From Phoronis australis (taxonomy: Eukaryota > Animalia > Phoronida): a stretch of 64,000 nucleotides of DNA. A program made the translations under genes and the position numbers. The notes beneath the pieces are model-generated. The model made no database searches. It was not told where the DNA came from and saw only the letters and a program-made list of their open reading frames with translations. The DNA is taken from assembly GCA_002633005.1 (NCBI GenBank), contig NMRA01000015.1, forward strand, positions 786,297 to 850,296. Direction: 5' to 3'. This document shows positions 37,919-49,830 of this stretch, one piece after another. The stretch's first letter is position 1. Each line of letters opens with the position of its first letter.

Positions 37919-40306
37919 TAATACGCCGTAAAATGTAAAAATGTTACATTTTACGTTGCTAGGTCACTCCAGTTTACAATTTACGTCGAATACACATGTG
38001 AGAAATGCACCATTGTTACATTTAACGAAAGCGACGTCATATTTCATGAGTTTGCATGGTATTTGTAACACGAAGAAAAATGGTTCACACATTGAACGCC
38101 TTGAGTTCTTTCTCGGATTGCTTGACATGAAATTCTATGAATTTATAGATGTGTCCCTATGTGGTTTCCATTGTTTTTTAACATGAGTAGTTTCTTGTTA
38201 AAGTAAAAAATATGCTCCGCACAGGTTCAACTCAAGACGAAATGAGTTTTCAGGATCAGGTAACAAGTTTTTAATGTTAAAGCGTTCTTGTAATATTTTG
38301 TTGGCTCTCACAGGTCACACGCAATTGTGTGTCCGGCATTACAGTAAGCACACTTCCCTTGGTAAGCACTACAGAAACGAAGACGTCGTATTTTGGCAAA
38401 TATTTATCACTGATATTTCTTCGGGAACAAACGGGTTTTTACATTTTTTCATGGAAAATTCTATTTCGGAAGCCAAACTGATAGATAAAAAGCACTAGCT
38501 TTAGTCCACGATAGTTTGATTTATTTCAGCCAGTGTTTTATTACCTTGGAGCCATCTCTAATGGTCCACTCAAAAGCCGGAGCAAGACCTAAGTTTCTAA
38601 TGCCCACGGGTTCTGTCTATCACCTTAGTTAAGAACGACAATTTTTAAAGACAATGAGGTGGAAGGAAATAAAAGCACGCAGAATTTTATTTGCGGGCAG
38701 GTTGACAGAGCAACAGCAAACGATCGCCTTTGAGAAGGGAGAGCCAGTAATTTGAAAAAAGTGTTTTAAACAGCTTAAAAGCAGAAAGAAATATCATTAA
38801 CAATTAAAAATGCAAATTCGTCAATATTCGTAAGTCCGAAGAACCTATGAATAAGACAGATTGGACATTCTACTATTAATGAACGTGAAGCCACGTGACT
38901 GTGTCATGAGGCCCCATTTTTGTGTTGCAGGCAGACACGGGAAATCGGTGTATTAACCCTTTTGCTACATCGCATAAAACCGCATATTAAACATCGCTGA
39001 GTTCGATGTTGGCCGTTTTTCTTCCATGCAACCCACTTTCAATGAAACCTGGTTCAAATCACCCAGTTAAATCACTGTGTTCTTCTAAGAATATTGGGAC
39101 CAGTTCCACATAAAATTGTTGCGTGTTTCACACATGTATGTCAGTTACTCTATTTACCCGGTCAGCGCAGCCATAGCCGACTAGTCGCTAGTTCGCGAAA
39201 AATGTCTTCCTCCAGTGTTCAACTTAACGCAATTTTTGAACTTACACATCATCGTGGAAGGAGACCAAGCTCTTTTAGGAATTTTTTTAACAGAAGACAA
39301 AAACGATAACACGGTGGGTATCATTCACAGCTGTCAAGACGATTCTCACAATGTCGTTAAGGCTGAACATACATCCTGTAGGAACTCATTTAAAATCCTT
39401 TTGAAATAGCGTTCGCTGTCCATTATGGGAAGCCCGGTGAAAACCATGAACCAGAAATGAGATGATTTTAAAATCTTTGAGGACGATGATGTATTAGCAC
39501 TTAGCTAAAACATGTGCTATGTATATTGCACTGTGACCTCGTTAAAAATAAAAATAAAAATAAAAATAAAAATAATAATAATTATTATTATTATAATAAC
39601 AACAACAATAACAATAACAATTATTGTTATTGTTATTATTATCATTATAACGATACCGATAACGAGTAATAGTAGGCTAGTGGAATTAGCAATAGTAGTA
39701 ATAGCAGTCATAGTAGTAATGGTAGTAACAACAGCAATAGTAGTAATAGTAATTTAATAGTAATAAAAATGATAATGGTTTGCCAGATTCATGCCGTGTT
39801 AGCCCGGAGTGCATTCCTGTAGAACAGGTTCACGAAAAGGGCCGTCAAAACGGCGTTTTTTCACAGCAAAAATACTCTCTAAGATGGTGCCATTTTCGCC
39901 AAAATACTATCTAAAAGGGTGCCTTTCTGAATTTCTGGAGCAGAACTGTGTGAAAATGTGAATTTTTACACAAATTTAGTCTTAATGGGTCACTTTTTTG
40001 TCCGAGACCACTCTCTAAACGGTGGATGTCTAAATTTTCAGGTGGCACCCCTCGTCCAAAAATACTCGAGTACCCCCCCGGCAATGTCAGATGCCACTTG
40101 TTCTTAATTTAGATCACGTTTTTGTAATATGACGTTGCTTTCGTAAAAGGTAAAAATAGTACATTTCTCGCATGTGCATTCAACGTAAAATGTAACAACT
40201 ACGTAAAATGTAACAATTTGTTACATTTTAGGAGAGGATTAGCAACGTAAAATGTAACAAAGACGTTGTTACATTTTACGAACTTGTTACATTTTACGGC
40301 GTATCA
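37919..40306. mobile_element. 2.4-kb non-autonomous DNA transposon with 6-bp TSD
   Basis: TIR taatacgccgtaaaatgtaa / ttacattttacggcgtatca with subterminal cgtaaaatgtaac repeats; TSD atgcac (37913-37918, 40307-40312). Contains an AT-rich microsatellite and a nested cccgg...ccgg-ended fragment (~39803-40081). Confidence 0.8.
39543..39775. repeat. Compound AT-rich microsatellite (AAAAAT)n/(AAT)n/(TAG)n
   Basis: Low-complexity tract seen directly. Confidence 0.9.
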
Positions 40307-41419
40307 ATGCACGTCATACAGTGCAAGTCAAAAGTATTTTGACAAAATGACCCACAATTCCCCATCATGACGGCTGGCTCCCCTGATGACCATCAGAGTA
40401 GTCTCCCCTGATGACCAAGAATGAAGGAGAATGAACAGGAAGGTTAGTAAGGTTACTAAGCCATTTTGGAATTAGAATTCCGTTTACCGCCCTCATGGTT
40501 ATCAATATTTGCTGTCAACAGAATTCGCCGTCATGGCAGGAAATCGGTATTTTGTAGGATTATTTATGTCTTGCACTGTACGTTTCTAATAATCAGGAAT
40601 GTTTTTGGCAAAAAGTACTATAAGTGAACACGGCTAGCGGAGTGACGTCGCTAAGTAAGTAATTATACTTCATCAGCTATTCTATTTTTTCTTGAACCAA
40701 AATCCTTGTTTTTGAATTTAGATTCTGACATCATGAAAACATGAGTACATGGTTACTCAATGTTCAGCACATATTTTGGCATTTTATAACATTAAGATGT
40801 TCGGGTCTTTTTAGGACGGGGGGTATATTGTGAGTGGCTGCAATCGGAGTTCTCCGAAGTTGACCGATTGGGCCTCAGATGTGTGTCAGTTGATGTGTGG
40901 AGCGCCACTCCGGTTTTACCGCTGGTTGCGTGTAGACGTCTCTGTCAAGTGCTGTGGATTTAGGTCAGGTACGCATACAACAATATCCCCAAATACGTAA
41001 TTTTGGATATTACATGGGCGAATCACAATGTAATCAAATGCCAAGTAGAAATCCATACACCTTACATTTTATCGTCAGCAAAACACCAATACCAACGACC
41101 AAACTAGAAACATTATTGTCACGGCGTGACAATAACAGACTGCGCGTGCGTATTACTGGAATTATTATGGGAAGTTACTGACAGCAACCCGTTTACCAAT
41201 ATGAAAAGGAATTCTTTAAAATTGTAGGAGAAATTACATATTAATTTTTTGATGACCTTTCCACTAATTGACCTCTTCCGGTGCATTATGAGCCCCGATG
41301 AGGGAGAAATTGTTAACTCAATTAAAAGTGTGGTTAATGCTAATAATCACAGATGTTTTACTTTAAGCACTTCAGAATACAAGATGAATGAAGTGGTCAA
41401 ACTTTCAGAAGAAAAATGN

Positions 41420-41732
41420 TAAGAATAAAATTGAAGAAAACCCAGGAACAACAGTACTCTGCGCTTACACGCGCAGAGTAATAAAATTGAAGAAAACCCA
41501 GGAACAACAGTACTCTGCGCTTACACGCGCACAGTAATAAGAAGAATAAAATTGAAGAAAACCCAGGAACAACAGTACTCTGCGCTTACACGTGCACAGT
41601 AATAAGAAGAAGAATAAAATTGAAGAAAACCCAGGAACAACAGTACTCTGCGCTTACACGCGCAGAGTATTAAGAATAAAATTGAAGAAAACCCAGGAAC
41701 AACAGTACTCTGCGCTTACACGCGCAGAGTAA
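41420..41732 (+). repeat. Five tandem copies of a 56-68-bp hairpin-containing unit (Helentron/HINE-like 3' end)
   Basis: Unit (aag)n-aataaaattgaagaaaacccaggaacaacag-TACTCTGCGC-ttacac-GCGCAGAGTA; starts directly after N at 41419. Confidence 0.8.
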
Positions 41733-42420
41733 CAATCCCGGAATGCCGTGAATGACACAAGGTTATGGCTGACAAATCCAGTGATGACAAGCAGTCCAAT
41801 AACTCCTGTGGGTTAATCTTTATCCGTGTCTTAGTAGGTTCTCCTGGCGTGCTCTCGAAAACTGTTGGGGCCCTATCATCCAAAGTCAGTTATAATTCGT
41901 GTAAACGGTTAGAATGGTTTATTGTAGAAACCCTCAGTAGGCTGTCCAGTGTCAAACTAAACTCAGATAGTACAAACACCAGCACACCTTACACCTTACT
42001 AACTTGGATAAAAAATGACACTCACAGGAACTCTGAACAAGGCAGCACAGTACCGTCAAATCCATACAGGTTAACAATAAGAGTCACAATAGTAACTCAC
42101 AAACTAAACAGCAGAGCGCAACATAGTTCTTCTAATGAAAGCCTTGAGGCAGTACCCCTGAGGTTCGAATTTATAGATAGTCGGTGGGCCAGATTTTGTA
42201 GGGCCTCTAGAAAATGGCTTTTGTGTATGCGGTCATTGCCATACCTATTAACTGCAAAGCTCCACCGCCAAGGAGCCAACTATGGTCGATTAGAGAGGGT
42301 ACAGCACTGCACACTGGTGATTTGCCCGCAGCCAATGAAGGGTCAAACACTAAGTCCTTGTTTGGAGGCGGGCACTATTTGGGCAAACGTTTGATTCAAA
42401 ATATGTTATAATGGGCTGTG

Positions 42421-44181
42421 TTAATTAGAGTCAGCAAGTGAATTATTGAACACTAGCCTCAATTCATTTTCGTACCTCTTAGTCGGGCACAAACTACAAC
42501 AGTGAGTAGCTTCAACAATATTTCTTAAGATTGCCTGTCCAAAAACTTCATGCACACCAGCTTTCTGAAGAACAGCTTCAAAGTCTTGCTTTAGTTTTGA
42601 AAGGCAAATGACATCTCCTTGTGTTAGAAGCTTCGATTCAATGAACTCCAAACAAAACTGTAGAAAAACATCTCTGAAAACTGTGAATTCGTCACTCTTC
42701 ACAATCGTTGTCTTTCTATTTTTTATAGCATGATGATCTGTGGTACTTAGCTTCTAAGACACAAGGTCTTTATCCTTGAATTTCATTTGCATATTCAGGG
42801 CTTTGGACTGAGCTGTTGCTTGCGATACAAGTCCAAGTGAAAAAAACCCGAACTGTTAACACTAATTTAACATTCAACTATGAGTGAGTTGGCATGCAAC
42901 TTTTTCAGATGGACTTATCAGGAACTGATCCACCACCAGCCTAACAAATTTACATGCCGTCTGATCTGTCGCCTGATAATGTTGATCGTCTAATAATTAG
43001 ATCAGTTGATGCAACTGAAAATAAATCAGCTGATATACCAGTGCAGTGATTGAAATTTAATTTTTTTTGAAATCAGATGCTCAAACCATAGTCAATCAAT
43101 TTACACTTAAGGTAATCGACGTTTGACGAAATGGACAGTGGCTTCCATCGTCCTCAAATTTCGACGGCGACGATGGCCACTTAGGCACTTTAATTTAATT
43201 ATCATTGCAGCTACCTAAGTAATTAATGTTTACAAAAATTGAGACTACGGCAGGGGACGACGGCCACTTGGGCATGTTGTTTGCAACCATCTACTCCATT
43301 TAACCTTCTCAAAAATTTTTGACTTAAAGTGCTTTAAAATCCCACCCACAATATAACGCCATAGGATTATCCCTTAGCGCAAGCAGTCGATGTGGCAACT
43401 GAATGGAGTGTTCGAAAAACAGGATTTCAGGAGTATTTGTTTAAACTAGGAACAAATGAAAACATTAACGACCTCCTCAGAGGCATCTCTCTACGCGGTA
43501 CTTCTAAACTTATAGGAACATAATGTGCCGAAAAGTATCTGGCATATGGAGTACCTATGGTATGATCATCGTCTCTACTGGGTAAGCAGTGTTGTCTAAG
43601 GCCTAGGTAGCCAAGGGGCTGAACAAGTTAAAAAACAACTGGTGATAATACTGAAACACACATGGAAAACACCAAGATGTATTTTTCAAAAACACGTACC
43701 TGTTTTTGAAAGCTAAATTCTTCTTTCTCTTTCTTGAAATGTGGCCCATAATGTACTTTTCCTGCTAACAAATGATGCACTCATGTTTCAGAATGTTCCT
43801 ATCTTGTTCACGTTAATTGGGTGTTTCAGATTTTGTAAGTATAATTGATTTTCTTGGGAAATCTTGGATAACATCTGTATCGCCTTCAGCAACTTCAGCT
43901 TTAGATTACTGTTGGTGCCTTGAAACGTTGCTATGCCGTTCTATGTCCTTTCAATTTTTTGGTCTGACACTTGGTCTTCTAGTCTACAGCACTCAGCAGT
44001 ATACTGTAGGCTACCAGGACATGCAGCTGTTTTCTGCACAAACGTTTGTGACACCTCTTCTTCTTTTTGATCTACTGATCTACAGAGTTCCACAGCTTCT
44101 TTAGGCTCTGACATCACAATTTTGTGCTGTTTGATAAACCTTGAATTATACAGGCATCACACTCCATGGGAGCAGCCATAT
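42421..44181 (-). mobile_element. Possible decayed Academ-like transposase N-terminal fragments
   Basis: Fragments RNILKHECIIC*QEKY (~43800-43750) and VFLQFCLEFIESKLLTQGDVICLSKLKQDFEAVL (42421-42702) resemble Academ N-terminal regions; stops, frameshifts and insertions present. Confidence 0.35.
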
Positions 44182-46553
44182 TGAAGTAACTAAGCACAAC
44201 AATACAATCTGGCTCTCTGATTGGTCAATTCAATAGAAATGCGCCATCAAGTGGCAGGAATGTGCATCATATTTTGTGCAACAAAAACACCTTTTTTAAA
44301 AAAATGTGCAAGTGTAGACGTAGGAACTTTTTGGAATTTGGTTTATAGGTATATTATCTAGCCACATATAAAAAACTAGGTTGCCCCCCCCAAGCACTCA
44401 CAAGGATGAGATCTGGCCCACCGACTAAGAGGACAAGCACAGTTTTATGACTTGGCTCCAGCTTGAGCGTGTGGATAGGCGTTTGTAATACGTTCGAGTA
44501 GTACTTGACAAAATGAGTCTCAGAGCTACACAGAGGTTTTTCCTTACTCGCAAACGTTGCTTGTGTCGACTTCGCTGCGAAATGTGTAGAGTACTGGGCG
44601 CAAATAGTGGTTTTCTTTCCCTTCATACCGAATGCGATATCAATTTGCTTTGATATCCGAGTGTGAATTTGCCTTTGGTGTAAAAACGTTGCATTTTAAT
44701 AACGGGGCTAAAGCAACTTTGAATAGACGAAACCATATTTTTAAGACAACTAATTAGAAAGGAACATCTTTTATAGAGTACCATTAGAACGATTAGAAAG
44801 CTGACGCAAACAACAAAGAACCTAGAACCTTTGCATACAATACAGTGAAACTTGTTCCTTTTAAAACTGCGATTACGTGATTTCAAAAAAATCGCGTAAC
44901 AAAGACTGGTGTTAGCGCGTAATAGCCGAATTATGTTAGCCACCACCGTTCCCTTTACTACATAGATAGGGTAATTTTTATGAGACTGAGCCCCAAAATG
45001 ACACGCATAAGACTTACCTATATTTTACTTTTGTCCACGAGAAGATGGCGGCTGGGCGGTAGGACAATTCTTAGCACTGAGAAATTCTGACCACAGTCCT
45101 CTGGGTCCGACACACTTTTCATTCATAAAGATCGTGTATAGCCGACAGAGATTTAATTAATTGTTTCCTTATATACATCTGAGTCGTTGGTCACAATCGG
45201 ATATTGACTACGTTAAATAAAAAAACGATTATTGCAAACATCTACGTCGGATACTTATGAGTTATTGATAAATCACCGCTTTCTTTATTACTGCTTCGGG
45301 AGTTTACAGAAGATGAGTGGGTGTGATTGACGAATCTCGATTTCTAGTATTTGAATCATCCGGTGTTTAGCAGAAAACGCCAATTAACTTTCCACGTTTG
45401 ACCAAGTTAAATGAACAGAGACGTGACTTAAGCGAAGTAGCGTTTCATTAAAGAGACATTTCACGGAAAACTAGTACGATAAAAAAACCACGCTCGCGCA
45501 CATCATCGCGGAGCACTTTATAGTCGTCGGGGAATAGTGGGCCAAACGGTTCAGAACTGGTGTTCAACCCAAATTGCGCTTGTGTTGACAGTGAGCAGAT
45601 GACAAGCCGGCACAGTGCTTTTCGTTGTCAAAACGTGCGTCCGAGCACACTCTATGTAACGTTGCGAAACAGTGGTAGATCTATGTTTTTGGGTGCCTGA
45701 GGCTTGGATCAGCAATGAAAGCCCCTCACTACAAGGAATGCTTGCATAAACTAAAACAATTTCTGTCAAGGTTTGAATTAAAATTAAAATTATGCGGTGC
45801 GTGACTCACAACGTCTTATTTCCAGTCTGAATGAATTCTCTGTTTAATTTGAAAGACAATTTTAGTATTAATGCGGCTTTTCTCTAGAACAGGAAGACTT
45901 GTCAGCCTTTTCATGCAATCATGGTCGATGAGCTGACACAGCCCCCCCCCCCGCTTCAAGCCTTATTGATCTGTCAGATGTTTCCAAGAATGAAACTGAA
46001 AGTCACTCCTAGTCTGAGAAAAGAACAATTTGATTGTTTTTCACACACCATTGTGTAATAATGCCGTGTATAAATTACCTACTCTTTTATTACATTGAAG
46101 CAGGTGTGACAGATTATCATTCGGGTGGAATGTCTCTCTGCAATCTTGACAATGGTAGAAAATCGACTAATAAAGTTCAAGTCTACGGGGACGCAGTGGC
46201 CATTGCAATGTCAGAGTATCCAATATAGCCGAGAACCCATGACACAAAACTGGGATCCCATCTCGCAGCGACAGGAATCCACTATTGAAAAATGCATGAC
46301 TACCCTTTGAGGAAGACTGAACGACCAGAGGTCGAAAGTGATGACAACCTGCGAGGGGGATTGCTGTCATGACGGGGGTGGGGGAGAAATCAGTTAAGAC
46401 TGCCAGCAACCGAGAGGCCAAAAAGTGTGAGTCTACATGTACATCACGTGACGTTAAAAAGTTCCCGATTTCGTGGGGCCTACATTATTATGATCAACCA
46501 ATGTATCAAATCTGTCTGTATACTAAATTTGGAAAATATGCGGTTTATGTTAA

Positions 46554-47997
46554 AGGAGAAGGCAACCCTTTTTCATGTCATTTTTAGTATAAAATACCGT
46601 TTGTTAATTATCCCAGATATATTTTCAGGTAATAATGGCTTCCTGTAATTTTATCAGTTAGCCGTGCTTTACTCCGGAAGTGACGTTTAGGATGGTAAGA
46701 ATTTCCCACATTTTTTGTTTTTATATAGTCTGGCTGTGGGAGTTGTCGAGTCAGTCATTGTTTTACCTCGGTTGCGTTAAGTTCGTTCGTCGCTTGCGTT
46801 TTTTTACAAATTAGTCAACATGCCGCACGGTTGCTGCGTCCTGGGGCATCGTCTCACGCGCACTTTGGGTATACCACTACATCGCTTTCGGAAAAATGAC
46901 ACGCTCCGCCGTACTTGTCTCGTTCGTGTGAAAAACGCAGCGTTACCCGTCCACGCAACGTACAAAGTAGTCGAGAATTTCAGAGTGTGTGGCAAGCATT
47001 TTCTGCCGTCGGATTACGAAAGGGATATGTACCCGGAGTCATGAAGGCTCCTGCAAAACAACGCCTGAAGAAAGATGTCATACTGTTGATTTCCGGCAGT
47101 GTAACCGTGCCTCCGAACGTACCCCAGATCATGCAATTCCAGGAACTAGCACTTATTCGCCCTGTGCTGGTGTTTTCTCCAGCCCAGAGCCCGTAAACAT
47201 CCCTGCATTGATATTGAGTAGTGGGAGTGAATACAGGCTCAATTTGACAACCAGTGAAGAGGACAGTTCGTCGTGCAGTGATCAGACCGGTTAGCCAAAC
47301 TTTGATATGTTTATTGTGGACTTGACTAAAGTATTGGAACTATTTAAAAGGTGCCAGGTGTGCGGCGAGGAGTCACACGGCGGTATGTAAGCGGTTTGGG
47401 TGTTCGGGTCACCCTCCAGTGGGAACAGCATTCCATTCAGATCGACATAACAGTGCACACCGTGCATTTGTAGCAAGAGGTCCCACCATGTCTGTCCTCA
47501 GCCTCTGCATCATCCCTCTCAACAACTGTCTGTGCGTATTATGCCTCACTATACTCGGGATCAAAATATATCCATTCACTGACTGTACGTGAAAATCTTC
47601 CTCGTCACCACTGCTATGAACAATGTATCTGTCATTCACGTTGCTGTGTCTATGATATGGGTTGCCGACTCCAGCCATTTTCAGATTACAACAAACTAAA
47701 AGATTCCAAAATCCAACGTAACTTAGCGTGCCGTAGAATACTCGTCGATGGGAAGGGGTGACAATTTTAAGAAACCAGCACGAAAAAAAACAGCAGAACA
47801 GATCCCACAGTAAACTCGAACGCATGCACTAGAAGCAAACTGGTGGGAAATTCTTAACCCACTAAACGTCACTTCCGGAGTAGGGCACGACTAATTTATA
47901 AAATTACGGGAAGCCGTAATTAACTGAAACATATGTCTGGGATAATCAACGAACCGTATCTTTACTAAAAATGACATGAAAAATGTTGTCATCTCCT
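46554..47997 (+). mobile_element. Kolobok DNA transposon, internally deleted (THAP transposase 5' part on +, KolX-like ORF on -)
   Basis: TTAA TSDs (46550-46553, 47998-48001), termini AGGAGA...TCTCCT, ~155-bp TIRs. THAP domain at 46820 (MPHGCCVLG...LHRF...RVCGKHF), FIVDLTKVLELFKRCQVCG at ~47310, and convergent Cys motif CYKCTVCTVMSI*MECCS at ~47475-47422. Confidence 0.88.
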
Positions 47998-48219
47998 TTA
48001 AAATAAATAAAATTCTCGATAACAGAATCGTGGCACATGATAAAAAGGATGCAGTTTACAAAAGAAATATCAATGACAAAAAAGTCGTTGGCGAGAACAT
48101 CCTTGCAGACACTGAGGGCGGGAGTTTGTCTACTCCAAGATTCACAATTTGTGATACGTGGATTTTTTGGTTCAACAAAAGAGGTACACCCGAGGGGGCA
48201 TATATAGTCCGGTTTCATG

Positions 48220-49830
48220 ACGGCGACATCCCGTTGCTCCCAACTTGTTCGATTCTATAGTCCAACAAGAAGTTGAGAAGTTTACCCCCGTAGCCAATAT
48301 CTTACACGACTGATTAACTCCATTCTGGCATTTATGGTTGGAGGGCCTGCGCTCTTTTGTTCGATAATTGCTCTAATCTCCGATCAGATCGTATCTAGCC
48401 TGACTGGGCTGGGCTGATAAAAATGAAAGTAAAGTCATAAAATATTTGAGCTTAAACCAATAGCATTTCTGAATTCCTCATCAAATGCAGATCATGTTCC
48501 GTTTTTGAATCACCAAAATCGCCCAACTACAGCAGAAGTTAAGACAATGTATTTTGTCCAAACGGACGCACTGAGTTTGACTGTGTTCATGCGCGTTCGG
48601 TAATAGCGTGCAACCATATACGTTTCCTTTGAAGCCTGGGAAATTACTGGCCTGCTTGTTATCATACATGACAAAAGACTGAGCTGGGCAGTTAACAAAA
48701 GAGCCAGATGTTATCGCACGTTCAGCACCCCTCACGTCTGGAAAAGTTACTGAACGACAGACCGCTGTAATGTACACAATTTGCTGGAGCACCGGACTGG
48801 ACCCGCACACGCTGTTTTCACTGTCGGCGCAAACGCAGGTCTCAAGACACTCGACTCTCAAAGTAATCTCAATATGGATTTCACATGGGCCTTCACTACT
48901 CATGAGACATTTTACTGGGCGGTACATATGAGCAGAGGGGGGAAGACTATAGTAGCCCCCCGGAACTCTTTTCAGTGCTGCGCCGCCCACAGGCAGTGCA
49001 CCACAAGGGAGTTGCGCCGCCCATGCATTTGTACGTATACCCAACTTTCCCTTCAGAATTGGGTAGGCCTGGTCGTATATGAGTGTGGGGTGACAGTACA
49101 CCGTCGCCGTGCTGCGCGATGTAGGCCTAGAAGAAAAGCGGCAGGTTTGTAGCCTGTAGTGTTTGTGTGGGTGCCGGTGTGTGTGTGTGCGCGCGTGCGC
49201 GAGTATCTGCCTTGCGGCATCGTGTTGCTTCAGAGTTTTACCGAATCCTCAGCGATCATATGGGCGGCGCAGCACTGAAAAAGTGGGGGCCGGGCTGCAC
49301 ATTACGGCGTTCTCCCGTTACTCCCAAGTTGTTCGATTCTATAGCCCAACAACAACTTGGGAAGTTTACTCCTGTAGCCAATGTCTTACACGACTGCCGG
49401 ATTAACTTCATTCTGGTTGGAGGGTCAGCTCGATGTCTTTTAGGCCTAATATATCTCCAATAAGATCGTATCTACCACGACTGGGTAATGCTGTTAAAAA
49501 TGAAAGTTAAGTTATAACATATTTGAACATAAACCAATAGCATTTCTGAAATCTTCGTCAAATGGTGATCATCTGTAGGTTTTGAATCGACAAAATCGCT
49601 CAACTACAACCGAAGTTACTACAATCTATTCTTTACGAATACACCAATTCAGTCTGAGTTTGACTGTGTTCACACATGGTCTGTAATAAGCCTGTTAGAT
49701 AATTGGCCTGGTTGTTGTCGCAACAGACAAAAGAGTGTGCTTGGCGGTTAACAAAGAAGCTAGATGTTATCACAAGCTCAGAACCACCTACGTCTGGTTA
49801 AGTCACTGAACGGGAAAACGCCGTCATGTT
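48220..49830. repeat. Two diverged direct copies (~48220-48775, ~49297-49830) of a ~550-bp dispersed repeat; third copy inverted at ~63175-63712
   Basis: Shared blocks ctcccaacttgttcgattctatag, aaaccaatagcatttctgaa, aaaatcgcccaactacag, gagtttgactgtgttca, gttaacaaa. Confidence 0.8.

Noticed and set aside
39512-39757. Hydrophobic Ile-rich membrane-protein-like ORFs
   Set aside because: Translation of an AT-rich microsatellite
41420-41732. CRISPR-like array (palindromic repeats with variable gaps)
   Set aside because: Gaps are only (AAG)n length variants, not unique spacers; no cas genes; eukaryotic context
41765-42394. 209-aa ORF on the + strand
   Set aside because: No recognisable motif or splice structure; the minus strand has TATA- and AATAAA-like signals more suggestive of an LTR-type relic, but its termini could not be defined
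48481-49101. 206-aa ORF on the - strand
   Set aside because: Overlaps a dispersed repeat whose other copies have stops in the same frame; non-ATG start
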